A stretch of DNA of 64,000 bases from Spirochaetia bacterium (GTDB taxonomy: Bacteria > Spirochaetota > Spirochaetia > UBA9216), in the NCBI GenBank assembly GCA_963677925.2, contig CAXXYH010000004.1, forward strand, positions 2,368,001-2,432,000, read 5' to 3'. Of this stretch, positions 29,097-39,544 are shown piece after piece (position 1 is the stretch's first letter; every line of letters begins with the position of its first letter). A program made the position numbers and the translations under genes. The notes under the pieces are model-generated. The model saw only the letters and a list, made by a program, of their open reading frames with translations, searched no databases and was not told the DNA's origin.

Positions 29097-30200
29097 ATGA
29101 TAGATACAGGCACCAGATTAGGCATACTCATCAGTTTTTTTATTGCCTCAGGCGGTATGTATTTTGTTCTTTACTCGATTATCCAGCTTATTTCTATCAG
29201 AAAAAGAAAGCAGATTCACTATCTACACTTTGGATTTTTCTTTCTTCTCGGCCTATGTATACTCCTGGATTCTTATTATAGAAAAGGCACCGAGTATTTT
29301 GCACCCGGTCTGCTTTTAATAAATTTTCCTTTGGATTTTTTATTGGGTCCGATATTGATTTTCTATTTTAACAGCTTTTTTGATACTCATTTCAGGCTGA
29401 AAAAAGTACATCTGTTAACCGTTCTTCCTGCGTTTATATGTTTTGCCGCTTTTATTCCTTATTATATTCTTCCCGCTGAACAAAAGCTTGCAATGTTTCC
29501 ACTGGAAACGCTTCCATCGGGATATTTTATGATAATTGGAAAGGTCTTTAACTATACAATGTTCCCCTGGACAGCTGTATGTCTGATAGTAATATTCAAA
29601 TCCAATCTGAAATATTTTGAAAAGAGTAAAAAGCATATACGGCTGACGCTGATATTTTTAATAACAGTAATTCTTTTAGCAGCTTTTATGAGTTACAGTG
29701 ATACTCTGAACGATTTAAAACCATATAAGGTCGGTATGACTGTTCTTGTTTTCTCTTTAATATGTTTTTCACTTATGACATCAAGGTTCGCTGATTTCTT
29801 TTTGAGAATCCGAAATGAAGCCAGTGCTGTCCGTTATGCACAGTCCAAGGTTTCATCGCTTAATGTAGATTTTATAATTTCCCGAATTGATGATCTTATG
29901 GAATTTGAGCATCTTTACACAGATCCTGAATTGAATCTTAGAAGCCTGAGTGCCAGGCTAGAGCTGCGGCCAGGACAGCTTTCCGAAATTATCAATTCCA
30001 GATATTCAAAGAATTTTAACAGCTATATAAATGATTTAAGAATAGAGTCTGCCAAGTCAAAAATCAGGTATGAGAAGGAGCATAGCATTCTTTCTGTCGC
30101 AATGTCCTGCGGGTTTAATTCAAAATCTAATTTCAATCGTGTTTTCAGCGAAAAAGTAGGTATGTCTCCCTCTGAATACCGGAAGACTATTAATAATTGA
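29097..30200 (+). CDS. Membrane-anchored AraC family regulator
   Basis: About 7 TM segments followed by AraC HTH (LSEIIN...CGFNSKSNFNRVF...SPSEYR). Confidence 0.9.
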   Translation: MIDTGTRLGILISFFIASGGMYFVLYSIIQLISIRKRKQIHYLHFGFFFLLGLCILLDSYYRKGTEYFAPGLLLINFPLDFLLGPILIFYFNSFFDTHFRLKKVHLLTVLPAFICFAAFIPYYILPAEQKLAMFPLETLPSGYFMIIGKVFNYTMFPWTAVCLIVIFKSNLKYFEKSKKHIRLTLIFLITVILLAAFMSYSDTLNDLKPYKVGMTVLVFSLICFSLMTSRFADFFLRIRNEASAVRYAQSKVSSLNVDFIISRIDDLMEFEHLYTDPELNLRSLSARLELRPGQLSEIINSRYSKNFNSYINDLRIESAKSKIRYEKEHSILSVAMSCGFNSKSNFNRVFSEKVGMSPSEYRKTINN

Positions 30201-30326
30201 TGGATTATTAATCAGAAACGGTGTGAGCCTGACACATTGGAGCCTTAATGATTACTCTCCTGCTGTATTTATAGATAGCAATAAATGTATTATATAGTTT
30301 GTGTTTCTAAGCTATAATCTTTGGCA

Positions 30327-31451
30327 ATGGACAGAAATATACTTGTAGATACAGGCCTTATTCTTGGTATTTGTCTTTGCCTCATCATAACTGTCAGTCA
30401 GCTTCTTCTGAAAAGGAAGGATCAGAAGAATTATCTTATTGCCCTGAATACTTTCCTTATTGCGGTATACCAGTTCTCTAGTGCATTCTACCTGTTTTCA
30501 GGTATAGAGAAATGGTATGCTGTATATCCCTATGTTTATACGATAGGGAGGTTTGTCTTATTTGCTGCAGCTCCGGTATACTACTTTTTTTTCAAATCAC
30601 TTCCAAAAAAAGAATATATTTTCCGTCCTTTGCATCTCCTTCACATCGTAATACCGGTTGCGGTCTCTTTAATTCTGATAATATATGCAGAATATCCTGT
30701 AGATTCCGGTGGGAATTTTCGAGAATATAAGGATTTTCTGTATGCGAATGTCGGAATCTTCCGGCCTCTCAGTATATTTTCATCATTTTACGGAATTGTT
30801 TATTTTTTTATAATACTCGTTTATTACATACACCTGTTTCGAAGATCAAAGGAAGAGAGGCAGAAAAATCTTTCAACTGTAATAATTTTTTCACTGATTA
30901 CCATTGCTCCGCTTTTCCCTTATATCGTCTTCGGCAACAGAATTGCCTGGTTCTATGATCTTTTCCAGCTACGCTTTGCAATACTTTCCGTATATCTTCT
31001 GCTGATAAGCCAGCGTTATCCGTTTCTGCTCAATATAATAAAGCTTGAGGCCTACCGGGATTATTATCTAAAATCCAATATTGAAGATGCTGAGGCCGAC
31101 AGGGTTTATTCAGCTCTTGAGCAGCTGATGAATGAAGAAAAACTATTTGTTAATAATGACCTGTTTCTAAAAAATGCAGCACAAAAGCTTAAAGTGTCGA
31201 ACTTACAGTTATCTGAGGTTTTAAATATCCATCAGGGTAAGACATTTTCCCAGTATATTAAAGAAAAAAGAATAAACTATTCGCTGGAACTTCTGGAAAG
31301 CAAGCCATCAATGACAGTCCTTGATATTGCGCTTGAGTGCGGATTTAACTCCAAATCCAGTTATTATGCAGCTTTTCAAAAGATGATTGGCGAAACTCCT
31401 CTTCAGTATCGAAAAAAAAGGTCCAGAAATATATATCTGGACGATCATTGA
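30327..31451 (+). CDS. Membrane-anchored AraC family regulator (paralog)
   Basis: About 7 TM segments followed by LSEVLN...CGFNSKSSYYAAF...TPLQYR; start is TTG 30321 or ATG 30327. Confidence 0.9.
   Translation: MDRNILVDTGLILGICLCLIITVSQLLLKRKDQKNYLIALNTFLIAVYQFSSAFYLFSGIEKWYAVYPYVYTIGRFVLFAAAPVYYFFFKSLPKKEYIFRPLHLLHIVIPVAVSLILIIYAEYPVDSGGNFREYKDFLYANVGIFRPLSIFSSFYGIVYFFIILVYYIHLFRRSKEERQKNLSTVIIFSLITIAPLFPYIVFGNRIAWFYDLFQLRFAILSVYLLLISQRYPFLLNIIKLEAYRDYYLKSNIEDAEADRVYSALEQLMNEEKLFVNNDLFLKNAAQKLKVSNLQLSEVLNIHQGKTFSQYIKEKRINYSLELLESKPSMTVLDIALECGFNSKSSYYAAFQKMIGETPLQYRKKRSRNIYLDDH
31421..31444 (+). promoter_or_regulatory. Palindromic operator, copy 1 (GTCC-N14-GGACGA)
   Basis: GTCCAGAAATATATATCTGGACGA, about 60 nt before ATG 31504. 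Confidence 0.7.
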
Positions 31452-31503
31452 ACAGATAAACGTTAACCTCCTTCTATTAATACTATCGAAGGAGAACCCG
31501 AAT

Positions 31504-33316
31504 ATGAAAAAACATCTACTAGTGTCCATTGTATTTTCTTTTTGTCTGTTGGCAAACGGATATGCTGAATTGGTCGATCTTGGAGAATCGAACCAGAGTA
31601 AAGCTTCTGAAGGCCTGACTAAAAATGCATATGATTATCTTGTGAATCCAGCAGACTTTAATAAAATGGAATCAAGCACAATTTTCTTTTCGCTTGATTC
31701 GGACGGAACACAGTTCGGAACAGAAGAAATCGGAACGGGACTGAGAGGCGGTTATGCATGGATAACCGATGAACTTTCACTATTTTTTCTGTTGAATTTA
31801 TTTTACTGACCTTTCTCTAACAGATGAAAATGACGAAGATACCCAGACGATTACTTACACAGATTATCAAAGTGCTGCAGGTATTTATAATGAACTTGTT
31901 ACTGCAACTGATTTTTATATTGAAAACTTTAACTACCAGAAACTGCTTGCCAGTGTGGGTGTTGATTTTGGTATGCCGATTTCGTTTGATGTAAAAGGAC
32001 TATGGCTTCTTAATCAATACAGCTACAGTGAAAGCTCAATTTCCAGTACATACACCAATACAAGTACAGCAGGTGATGACAGCCTTGATGAAGTAGGGGA
32101 TTATGAAATTACAAGCTACAGCATGCCATATTACTACTCAACCGGAGGATTTGTAGTAAGTGATGCCGACAACTTTGAGAGTGTTCTTGCATTCGAACCC
32201 GAGATTGGTCTGAATGTCGGTAACCTGAGTTCAAAAATATCGCTTGGTGCTGCATTCTATAACCTTGGTGCAAATGAAGGAAGCTACTTAAACACAACCT
32301 CAAGCTATGCAGACGGCAGCGATGTAAGCCTGCTTGACACTGAAGAACTGTACAGTTCAACAGGAGCTGTTTATTACGACAGTGATTCAGGAGTTGAAAG
32401 CTCAGTAAGTATGGATGCCTCTATTTCCGATACATATCTTGAACGCACAGTACTTGGATTTGACAGTGACAGCAATATCAATCTTGGGAACAATATCGCC
32501 CTGAAGTTTATGCTCGGAGCAGATTACGGTATTTACCCCGCTGCTATATGCGAATTCAGTACAATAGAGATACAATATGATGACTACACCGGAACGCCGG
32601 TAGAGACATCCCGAAACAGCTCCACCACCTGTATCTCACAGTCTATTAATGCAGCAATATCAGGACATGCGAAAGCTGCATTTTCAAAATCATTCATACC
32701 TGATGAAAGAGCCGCGTTTTATCTGGGGGCCGGTTTTGGTTATGACATAGATTACAAAACCGCGGAGAAAGAACAGACAAGGACTTTAAGAGTTCAGATA
32801 GACAATGACGGGGATAATGCCTATACAACAGCAGGTACTGATATAGACACGTCAACTATATATACAGGTTATACAACTCAGGTTGATGAAATGATTCATA
32901 CAATCGAAGTTTCAGTGCCTCTGTCAGTTTCCTATACTCCGATAAGCGACATGACCTTCTACGCCGGGGCAAAGACAACAATCAGTCTTGTAATAGACAG
33001 CATATCAAGCCTTGTAACAGGACAGTCGGGTTATGTTTATACCGAGTATGTTGATAACCTGGAATCGGATAATTCAATTGATGCTGAGCTGATAGATGGT
33101 ACTGAAAACTATTACACTCCGGGAAACAGCATTGAAACAACGCTTGATGTCGAAGCTGAGGGGAATTTCGGATTCACACTGGCACTTACAGAAAAATTCA
33201 AGATAGACGCTTATGCAACCGTGAGTGCCGACAGCGGAATTATGGGCATGCCGACAAGCGCAGATTCGGGTGTAGGTTTTGATTCATTCAGCCTTACAGG
33301 AAGCTATTCTTTCTAG
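31504..33316 (+). pseudogene. Frameshifted outer-membrane beta-barrel-like protein (~600 aa if restored)
   Basis: Signal peptide from ATG 31504 (GGAG SD); frame 1 stops at 31809 while frame 2 is open 31796-33316; ends ...FSLTGSYSF with a terminal Phe. Confidence 0.7.
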
Positions 33317-33325
33317 GAGGGAAAA

Positions 33326-35389
33326 GTGAAAAAAATAATACTAAATATAGCAGTGATATCACTGCTGGCAATTTTGTTGACAGGATGTCCATCGCCTCTG
33401 GCTTCTATAGCCGGTTATGATTTAATGGTCAGCCTTGGCCGAAATAACTCATCAGAGCAGACGCAGCTCTATGCAGCTGTAGGGGGAAGTTTTGTTGTTC
33501 CCGTCACAGTGTCGAATCAAAACGGGGAAACAATTGCATCAGACTGCACAATAGTCTTTACGCTGTCGGATGATGATGATTTTTCAACCACAGATGATAA
33601 TTACCCGCTCTTAACAGAAACAATTATTGCAGGTGAAGATGCTGATTTTACACTCAGTCTGCCTCCGGGCATAACAACAGCTGCTACCAGATATCTTTTT
33701 GCAGAGATTGATTGTGAAGATGACACGATAACTACCAATAATACCTCCCGTATTGCCCTGGATGTTGGAACAAGCAGTGAGCCTGATTTAGCTCTTTCAC
33801 TCAAATCTCCGTATACAGAGGTTCTTTACGGTCCGGCAGAAGGGAGTGTAAAAGTATCATACAGTATAAGTAATGAGGGATACGGAACTCTGAGTGCCGG
33901 GACAATTATTAAGCTGGACTTAACTGTCAGCCTGGACGGAAGCGAAGTTTTCCTTTATGACGGTTCGGTTACGCTTAGTGAAGAGCTTTATCCTCAGGAC
34001 TATATAAGCGGAACTTTTACAGCCGACCTGCCTGCCGAAGCCTCCCTCATGGCTGATAATGCTGAAACGACCTTCTCGGGATGGATAGGATTCGTTACCG
34101 GGACTGTTAACAGCTCAGGAGACATCAGCGAGACCTCAACAGCAAATAATACAGATAAAATTATACTGACGGTCTGTGGCTCGCTTCCTGATCTCCATAT
34201 CTCTGAAATTAATTTCTCTGAAGACTTTTCCGGGGCATGGGTTATCACTGATGATCTGTCAAATCTGGTAACCTCTGTAACTGTTGAAAACGATGGATGG
34301 ACTGCGGCCCGGGGATATACCGTTGTTCTGTTTCAGGATACGAATTCCGACGGTGAATATGATTCCGGAGATATTGATTTATATACATGGGATGCACCCG
34401 GGACAGTCCCCTATGACTTCTATGATACTAGCAACTACAGATATCTTCTGGTCCCCGCAGATACAAGAGCACAAAACACTCCCACCGCAGGAAACTATTA
34501 TCTTGGAGCTGCAATAATTGGAAGTATGGCTGAGGGAGACACTTCGGATAACACATATTCCTATTCAAGCGATGTTACATTTTTTGAGAAAACTATCAAT
34601 CTTACAGGAACTGTAAGCTCGTCAAGCTCCGGTAATGTGGCAGACGGTTCTACAGTTACCTATACTGCAACGATAACAAATGACGGCGATGGAGATGTTG
34701 ACGATGATTTCACCGTTACTTTGTATAGTTCTGAGGATAATTATAATGCTCGTTCAAGCAATACAATTTATACAACTACCGTTTCAGGTCTTGGCGTAGG
34801 AGAATCAAAGACAATAACCTATGACTTCAGCAACGCTGAGGGGAATAATGTTATGCATTGGGTAAGCTGTAAAATTGATACTGGAAATGCTATTCCAGAG
34901 ATTGATGAAGATGATAATACTTCCACATCTACCGGAATCTATTTCTATGATGATGAGAACAGCAGCAGGACATATACGCTTACATACAGGCCTTTTAGAA
35001 CAAGCAGCACTAATACTAATAATTTTTATATGTATTTTGTTCTTTATGATGAAAATGGTACTGCGTTGTCAACAGCTTCTTGCTCTACAAGTTCCCGAAC
35101 TTTTGTTACTGCATTATCTCCAGGCATTTACTATCTAAAAGTTTATTCATATGTCAGTAACTCTTATGGTATGTTTGTTTCTCCATATTTCAGTTCGTCG
35201 ATCGATAGCTATTCCACTCCATTTGAATCTTATTGCGCCGACAATTCCAAAGATGAATATGAGGACAATGATTCCAGTGTGTCCAGCGGAATTCCCGACA
35301 AGTATACAGATTTAAATTTCGGAAAGGCATATAACCGTTATATTAATGGTAGTTCCGATTATGAATGGTATAAGGTAGTATTACCATAA
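33326..35389 (+). CDS. Surface lipoprotein with CARDB/Ig-like domains
   Basis: Lipobox LLTGC; repeated PDL...V.N.G...E....NN CARDB-like units; S/T/D-rich. Confidence 0.75.
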   Translation: MKKIILNIAVISLLAILLTGCPSPLASIAGYDLMVSLGRNNSSEQTQLYAAVGGSFVVPVTVSNQNGETIASDCTIVFTLSDDDDFSTTDDNYPLLTETIIAGEDADFTLSLPPGITTAATRYLFAEIDCEDDTITTNNTSRIALDVGTSSEPDLALSLKSPYTEVLYGPAEGSVKVSYSISNEGYGTLSAGTIIKLDLTVSLDGSEVFLYDGSVTLSEELYPQDYISGTFTADLPAEASLMADNAETTFSGWIGFVTGTVNSSGDISETSTANNTDKIILTVCGSLPDLHISEINFSEDFSGAWVITDDLSNLVTSVTVENDGWTAARGYTVVLFQDTNSDGEYDSGDIDLYTWDAPGTVPYDFYDTSNYRYLLVPADTRAQNTPTAGNYYLGAAIIGSMAEGDTSDNTYSYSSDVTFFEKTINLTGTVSSSSSGNVADGSTVTYTATITNDGDGDVDDDFTVTLYSSEDNYNARSSNTIYTTTVSGLGVGESKTITYDFSNAEGNNVMHWVSCKIDTGNAIPEIDEDDNTSTSTGIYFYDDENSSRTYTLTYRPFRTSSTNTNNFYMYFVLYDENGTALSTASCSTSSRTFVTALSPGIYYLKVYSYVSNSYGMFVSPYFSSSIDSYSTPFESYCADNSKDEYEDNDSSVSSGIPDKYTDLNFGKAYNRYINGSSDYEWYKVVLP

Positions 35390-35402
35390 CAAAGACATTC
35401 TC

Positions 35403-35437
35403 CAGGGCATCCGGTTTTCAGATGCCCTGTTTTTTTT
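35403..35437 (+). terminator. Rho-independent terminator
   Basis: CAGGGCATC-N9-GATGCCCTG-T8. Confidence 0.8.
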
Positions 35438-35445
35438 ACAAAAAT

Positions 35446-35469
35446 GTCCTAATATATATTCTTGGACGA
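35446..35469 (+). promoter_or_regulatory. Palindromic operator, copy 2
   Basis: GTCCTAATATATATTCTTGGACGA, about 58 nt before GTG 35527. Confidence 0.7.
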
Positions 35470-35526
35470 TCTTAACCTCCATTACTGTTACTTTGAATTG
35501 AAAATATTTTAGATGGAGGAATTTAA

Positions 35527-37131
35527 GTGAAGAATTCAAAACAATTTATAAAAACTGCAGGCGCTATTTTAATGGTTCTGCTTGCAGTCTTTATAAGCGG
35601 CTGTCAGAACGGGACAACCGATCAGGCAGCTGAATCAGCAGCTGAAACGACGGAGGAAACACCGGCTGCAACCTACACGGTAACATACAATGCCAACGGT
35701 GCGGAAACAGGCACTGTTCCAAGTGATTCCGCAGCATACGAAGAAGGTAATACGGTAACGGTATTAGGGAACACCGGAGAGTTGACGAAAACTAATTATA
35801 TTCTTCTGGGGTGGAACACCAGGGCGGACGGCAGCGGTACAACATACAAAGCAGGCAGCACATTCACTATCGGCGATGCCGATGTAAGCCTCTATGCACT
35901 CTGGTCTTTCGAAACGATTATCTACGACGACTGTTATTCGGTAGCCAAATCTACATGCCTTGATGATTCCGGCAACATCTATGCCACAGGTTACAGCTGG
36001 AACGGCAGTAATTACGATATGGTTATATGGAATTATGACAGCTCTGGCGTGCTTGATACAGGCTTCGGCTCAGGCGGAATAGTCGTTCATGACAGTGCCG
36101 CAGGCGGAAGCTACTATGATAGAGGCTACTCTATCTGCCTTGATGGTTCAGGCAATATCTATGTCACAGGTAACAGCTATAACGAAAGTAATACCGATAT
36201 GGTTATCTGGAAGTATGACAGCGCTGGCGTTCTTGACACAGACTTCGGCTCAGGCGGAATAGTCGTTCATGACAGTGCCGCAGGCGGAAGCAGCTATGAT
36301 ACAGGCTACTCCATCTGTCTTGATGATTCAGGCAACATCTATGTCACAGGTTATAGCAATAAAAACAGTAGTAATAGCGATATGGTTATCTGGAAGTATT
36401 ACAGCGCAGGCGCACTCGATACAAGTTTCGGCTCAGGCGGAATAGTAGTTCATGACAGTGCCGCAGGCGGAAGCGGTTCCGATATTGGCTACTCTATCTG
36501 TCTTGATGATTCAGGTAATATCTATGTAACGGGTTTCAGCAATAACGGCAATAATTCCGATATGGTTATCTGGAAGTATGACAGCGCTGGCGTGCTGGAC
36601 ACAGACTTCGGCTCAGGCGGAATAGCTGTTCATGACAGTGCCGCAGGCGGAAGCAGCTATGATAGAGGCAACTCCATCTGTCTTGATGATTCAGGCAACA
36701 TCTATGTCACAGGTTATAGCAATAACAACAGTAGTAATAGCGATATGGTTATCTGGAAGTATGACAGCGCAGGCGTGCTGGATACAGGCTTCGGCTCAGA
36801 CGGAATTGTTGTTCATGACAGTGCCGCAGGCGGAAGCAGCTATGATTATGGCTTTTCTATCTGCCTTGAAGATTCAGGTAATATCTATGTCACAGGTTAC
36901 AGTTCTAATGGCAGTAATGACGATATGGTTATCTGGAAGTATGACAGTGCTGGCGTGCTTGATACAAGTTTCGACACTGACGGACTAATAATCCGAGACA
37001 ATATTGCAGGCGGAAGTGGTTCCGATTATGGCTACTCAATCTGCCTTGATGATGCGGGAAATATCTATACAGCAGGAGACAGCGTTGGGGTCAGCACTCT
37101 AAATATGGTTATCTGTAAAATATATCAATAA
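35527..37131 (+). CDS. Lipoprotein with InlB B-repeat and 7-bladed delta-60/SBBP-like beta-propeller
   Basis: Lipobox ISGC; YTVTYNANG...GWNT.ADGSG...LYA.W; seven ~59-60 aa repeats. Confidence 0.8.
   Translation: MKNSKQFIKTAGAILMVLLAVFISGCQNGTTDQAAESAAETTEETPAATYTVTYNANGAETGTVPSDSAAYEEGNTVTVLGNTGELTKTNYILLGWNTRADGSGTTYKAGSTFTIGDADVSLYALWSFETIIYDDCYSVAKSTCLDDSGNIYATGYSWNGSNYDMVIWNYDSSGVLDTGFGSGGIVVHDSAAGGSYYDRGYSICLDGSGNIYVTGNSYNESNTDMVIWKYDSAGVLDTDFGSGGIVVHDSAAGGSSYDTGYSICLDDSGNIYVTGYSNKNSSNSDMVIWKYYSAGALDTSFGSGGIVVHDSAAGGSGSDIGYSICLDDSGNIYVTGFSNNGNNSDMVIWKYDSAGVLDTDFGSGGIAVHDSAAGGSSYDRGNSICLDDSGNIYVTGYSNNNSSNSDMVIWKYDSAGVLDTGFGSDGIVVHDSAAGGSSYDYGFSICLEDSGNIYVTGYSSNGSNDDMVIWKYDSAGVLDTSFDTDGLIIRDNIAGGSGSDYGYSICLDDAGNIYTAGDSVGVSTLNMVICKIYQ
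35950..37125 (+). repeat. Intragenic tandem repeat, ~177-180 nt x 7 (last unit partial)
   Basis: Recurrent GATATGGTTATCTGGAAGTATGACAGC and CATGACAGTGCCGCAGGCGGAAGC. Confidence 0.9.
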
Positions 37132-37157
37132 CAATATAATCAATAGAATCCAATACC

Positions 37158-37184
37158 AGCCCGGGAGCTTCCCGGGCTTTTTTT
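37158..37184 (+). terminator. Rho-independent terminator
   Basis: AGCCCGGGA-GCT-TCCCGGGCT-T6. Confidence 0.85.
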
Positions 37185-37196
37185 GCGTTAAAAAAA

Positions 37197-37220
37197 GTCC
37201 AAGAATATATTTCTGGACGA
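37197..37220 (+). promoter_or_regulatory. Palindromic operator, copy 3
   Basis: GTCCAAGAATATATTTCTGGACGA, about 60 nt before TTG 37281. Confidence 0.7.
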
Positions 37221-37280
37221 CGAGTAAATTCTTTTCATATATCTTTCTTAATATTTTTATATCAAGGAGAGATTTTTGAA

Positions 37281-39527
37281 TTGAAAAAGACCACACATTT
37301 TGTTAAGGGGGCTGCCGTTATCCTTATGATAATTCTTGCAGCCCTTGTATGCGGATGTCCGAACGGGATTCCCGGCTTCGAGACCTTCACGGCAACATAT
37401 GATGCCAACGGAGCAACAAGCGGCAGCGCACCGATAGACAGTGCGACCTATATCGAGGGTGATACCATCACAGTATTGGACAATACCGGAGCTCTCTCAA
37501 AACCGACCTATTCGTTTACCGGCTGGAATACAGCTGCGGACGGTAGCGGAACCGCATACACTGCCGGCAGTACTTTCACAATGGGTGCATCAGACATCAC
37601 CCTCTACGCAGTCTGGTCGCAGAATGTACACTCACTCTACTTTGACGCAAACGGTGGGGAAGGAACAATGGCCGCGGTGAACATCGATGAGGGAGCTTCG
37701 GCAACGGTGCCAGCCTGCGGCTTCACGCTGGAGGGCAGCGGTTTTACCGGCTGGAACACCAAGGCAGACGGAAACGGAACCGACTACAGTGCGGGAAGTT
37801 CAATAACAATGGGAAGCTCGGACATTACCCTGTACGCAATCTGGACAAAGGATGTGATCTTAACCATAACGACACCGTCTGATAACGGTTATATTAATAA
37901 GTTTTCTTTTACAATGGATTTTACCTTTAACAAAGACGTTACCGGTTTTGATGCAGAAGACATAAGTGTAACAAACTGCACATTATCAGGTTTTGCCGGA
38001 AGCGGAGCATCTTATACCGCAACAATCTTTCCTTCTTCAGAGGGCGATGTCGATGTAACAGTAGCCGAAGCAGTAGCAGAAGACGCGTATGGGTATAAGA
38101 ATATAGAAACAAGCTGCAGCCTGATTTATGATAAAACTGCGCCTGCGCAAATAGCTGGTACTAATAGCGCAGCAGGAGCCGGTAAGCTTAAGATTACCTG
38201 GATTGAGCCTACAACTGAAGAGGACTCAAGCTTTGATCATGTAGTTCTGAAATGTTATGAGCGTGGAATATACACAGCTATGTCTGAGATTGAGGTTAAT
38301 AAGGGGACATGTGAATATACCTTTGAAGGGCTTACTACCGGAAAGTCTTATTTTGTTTCTGTATTTCCTGTAGACGCCGCGGGTAATCAACAGAATTCTG
38401 CAAGTTCAAAAACTATAGACCTTATGGATGATACATTTAGAAACGTCTATTACATTACAGACTCGGATGGTTTTACCTCGCTGTCAGACGATTTGAGTGG
38501 ATATTATATTTTAATGGCAAATATAAGTCTGTCATCAACATGGACTCCTGTCGGAACCTCAGCAGATCCATTTACCGGCATACTTGAAAGCTTCTGGTCA
38601 GAACCTAAAGCAACAATAAGCGGACTGACCACACCGTCTCAAGATTATAGCGGCCTCTTTGGTTGTGCCGAATCTGCCTATGTAAGGAATATAATAATAA
38701 AGGATGCTGAAATTATATTATCAGGTTCTAAGGATTACAATGGAGTTCTTGTCGGATCCTGGGACGGCGGAACAATTGAAGGCGTAGAGGTTTCCGGCTC
38801 TGTTGGAAATATTGTTTCTGGGTCTTATCATGGCGGACTGGCCGGTTTTGTTACAAACGCTGACGTTACATCATGTTTGTCCACCGCTGTTGTATGGGGG
38901 CATGGTGATGTCGGAGGATTAGTTGGCGCGACAGGGGGCAATAGTACAATAAGCACATGCGCTGTAGAAAAAAGCAGTACAAGCGGTGCGACTGATACAG
39001 ATTTATGCGGATATTACAGAGTTGGAGGTTTGGTCGGCAATGTTGAAAGCGGCTCACTTACAATCAGCGAATGCTTTACAAATATTGGTATAGCACTTAC
39101 GCTTTATGGCACAGACAATGCAGCTGCCTTATGTGGCAGAGCAGATGGCTCGTGTACTGTAAATAATTGTTATACAAGGGGTTTTATTGAGGGCACCTAC
39201 ACAAGCTGTGTTGGAAGCTTTTTCGGGTATAGTACCGAAACTATTAATTGTACCAACTCCTATGGACAGGGGAAGGTTTCTGGTTATTCTTTAACCGGAG
39301 CTTTGTATGGTTCACTGAGAGGTAGTGTAACTACTACCGGCTGCTACTATTCTACTAATACCGAACAAAGTGCTGTTAAAGGCGATAGCAACGGAACCGG
39401 TACAGAAGTTCCTGACGGCTCAATGTCAACAATAACATCTGCCGGCGGATGGGACACAGACATATGGGGTGTGGACAGCAGCCATAACGACGGTTATCCG
39501 TATTTATTAAATAATTCGTATAACTAG
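37281..39527 (+). CDS. Surface lipoprotein: 2x InlB B-repeat, Ig-like, FN3-like and GLUG-motif domains
   Basis: Lipobox VCGC; two YDANG/FDANG...GWNT repeats; FNKDVTGF Ig-like domain; VDAAGN; multiple VGGLVG/HGGLAG motifs; NDGYPYL end. Confidence 0.8.
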   Translation: MKKTTHFVKGAAVILMIILAALVCGCPNGIPGFETFTATYDANGATSGSAPIDSATYIEGDTITVLDNTGALSKPTYSFTGWNTAADGSGTAYTAGSTFTMGASDITLYAVWSQNVHSLYFDANGGEGTMAAVNIDEGASATVPACGFTLEGSGFTGWNTKADGNGTDYSAGSSITMGSSDITLYAIWTKDVILTITTPSDNGYINKFSFTMDFTFNKDVTGFDAEDISVTNCTLSGFAGSGASYTATIFPSSEGDVDVTVAEAVAEDAYGYKNIETSCSLIYDKTAPAQIAGTNSAAGAGKLKITWIEPTTEEDSSFDHVVLKCYERGIYTAMSEIEVNKGTCEYTFEGLTTGKSYFVSVFPVDAAGNQQNSASSKTIDLMDDTFRNVYYITDSDGFTSLSDDLSGYYILMANISLSSTWTPVGTSADPFTGILESFWSEPKATISGLTTPSQDYSGLFGCAESAYVRNIIIKDAEIILSGSKDYNGVLVGSWDGGTIEGVEVSGSVGNIVSGSYHGGLAGFVTNADVTSCLSTAVVWGHGDVGGLVGATGGNSTISTCAVEKSSTSGATDTDLCGYYRVGGLVGNVESGSLTISECFTNIGIALTLYGTDNAAALCGRADGSCTVNNCYTRGFIEGTYTSCVGSFFGYSTETINCTNSYGQGKVSGYSLTGALYGSLRGSVTTTGCYYSTNTEQSAVKGDSNGTGTEVPDGSMSTITSAGGWDTDIWGVDSSHNDGYPYLLNNSYN

Positions 39528-39544
39528 GTTCTTCTTCTGATTAC

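Noticed and set aside
31798-31812. prfB-like programmed +1 frameshift at TAC TGA C
   Set aside because: A UAC-decoding tRNA cannot re-pair on ACU and there is no SD-like element just upstream; a simple indel is more parsimonious.
35950-37125. Regular ~180-nt repeats as a CRISPR array or DGR target
   Set aside because: The repeats are in-frame coding units with no unique spacers; there are no cas genes, reverse transcriptase or non-coding template copy in the window.
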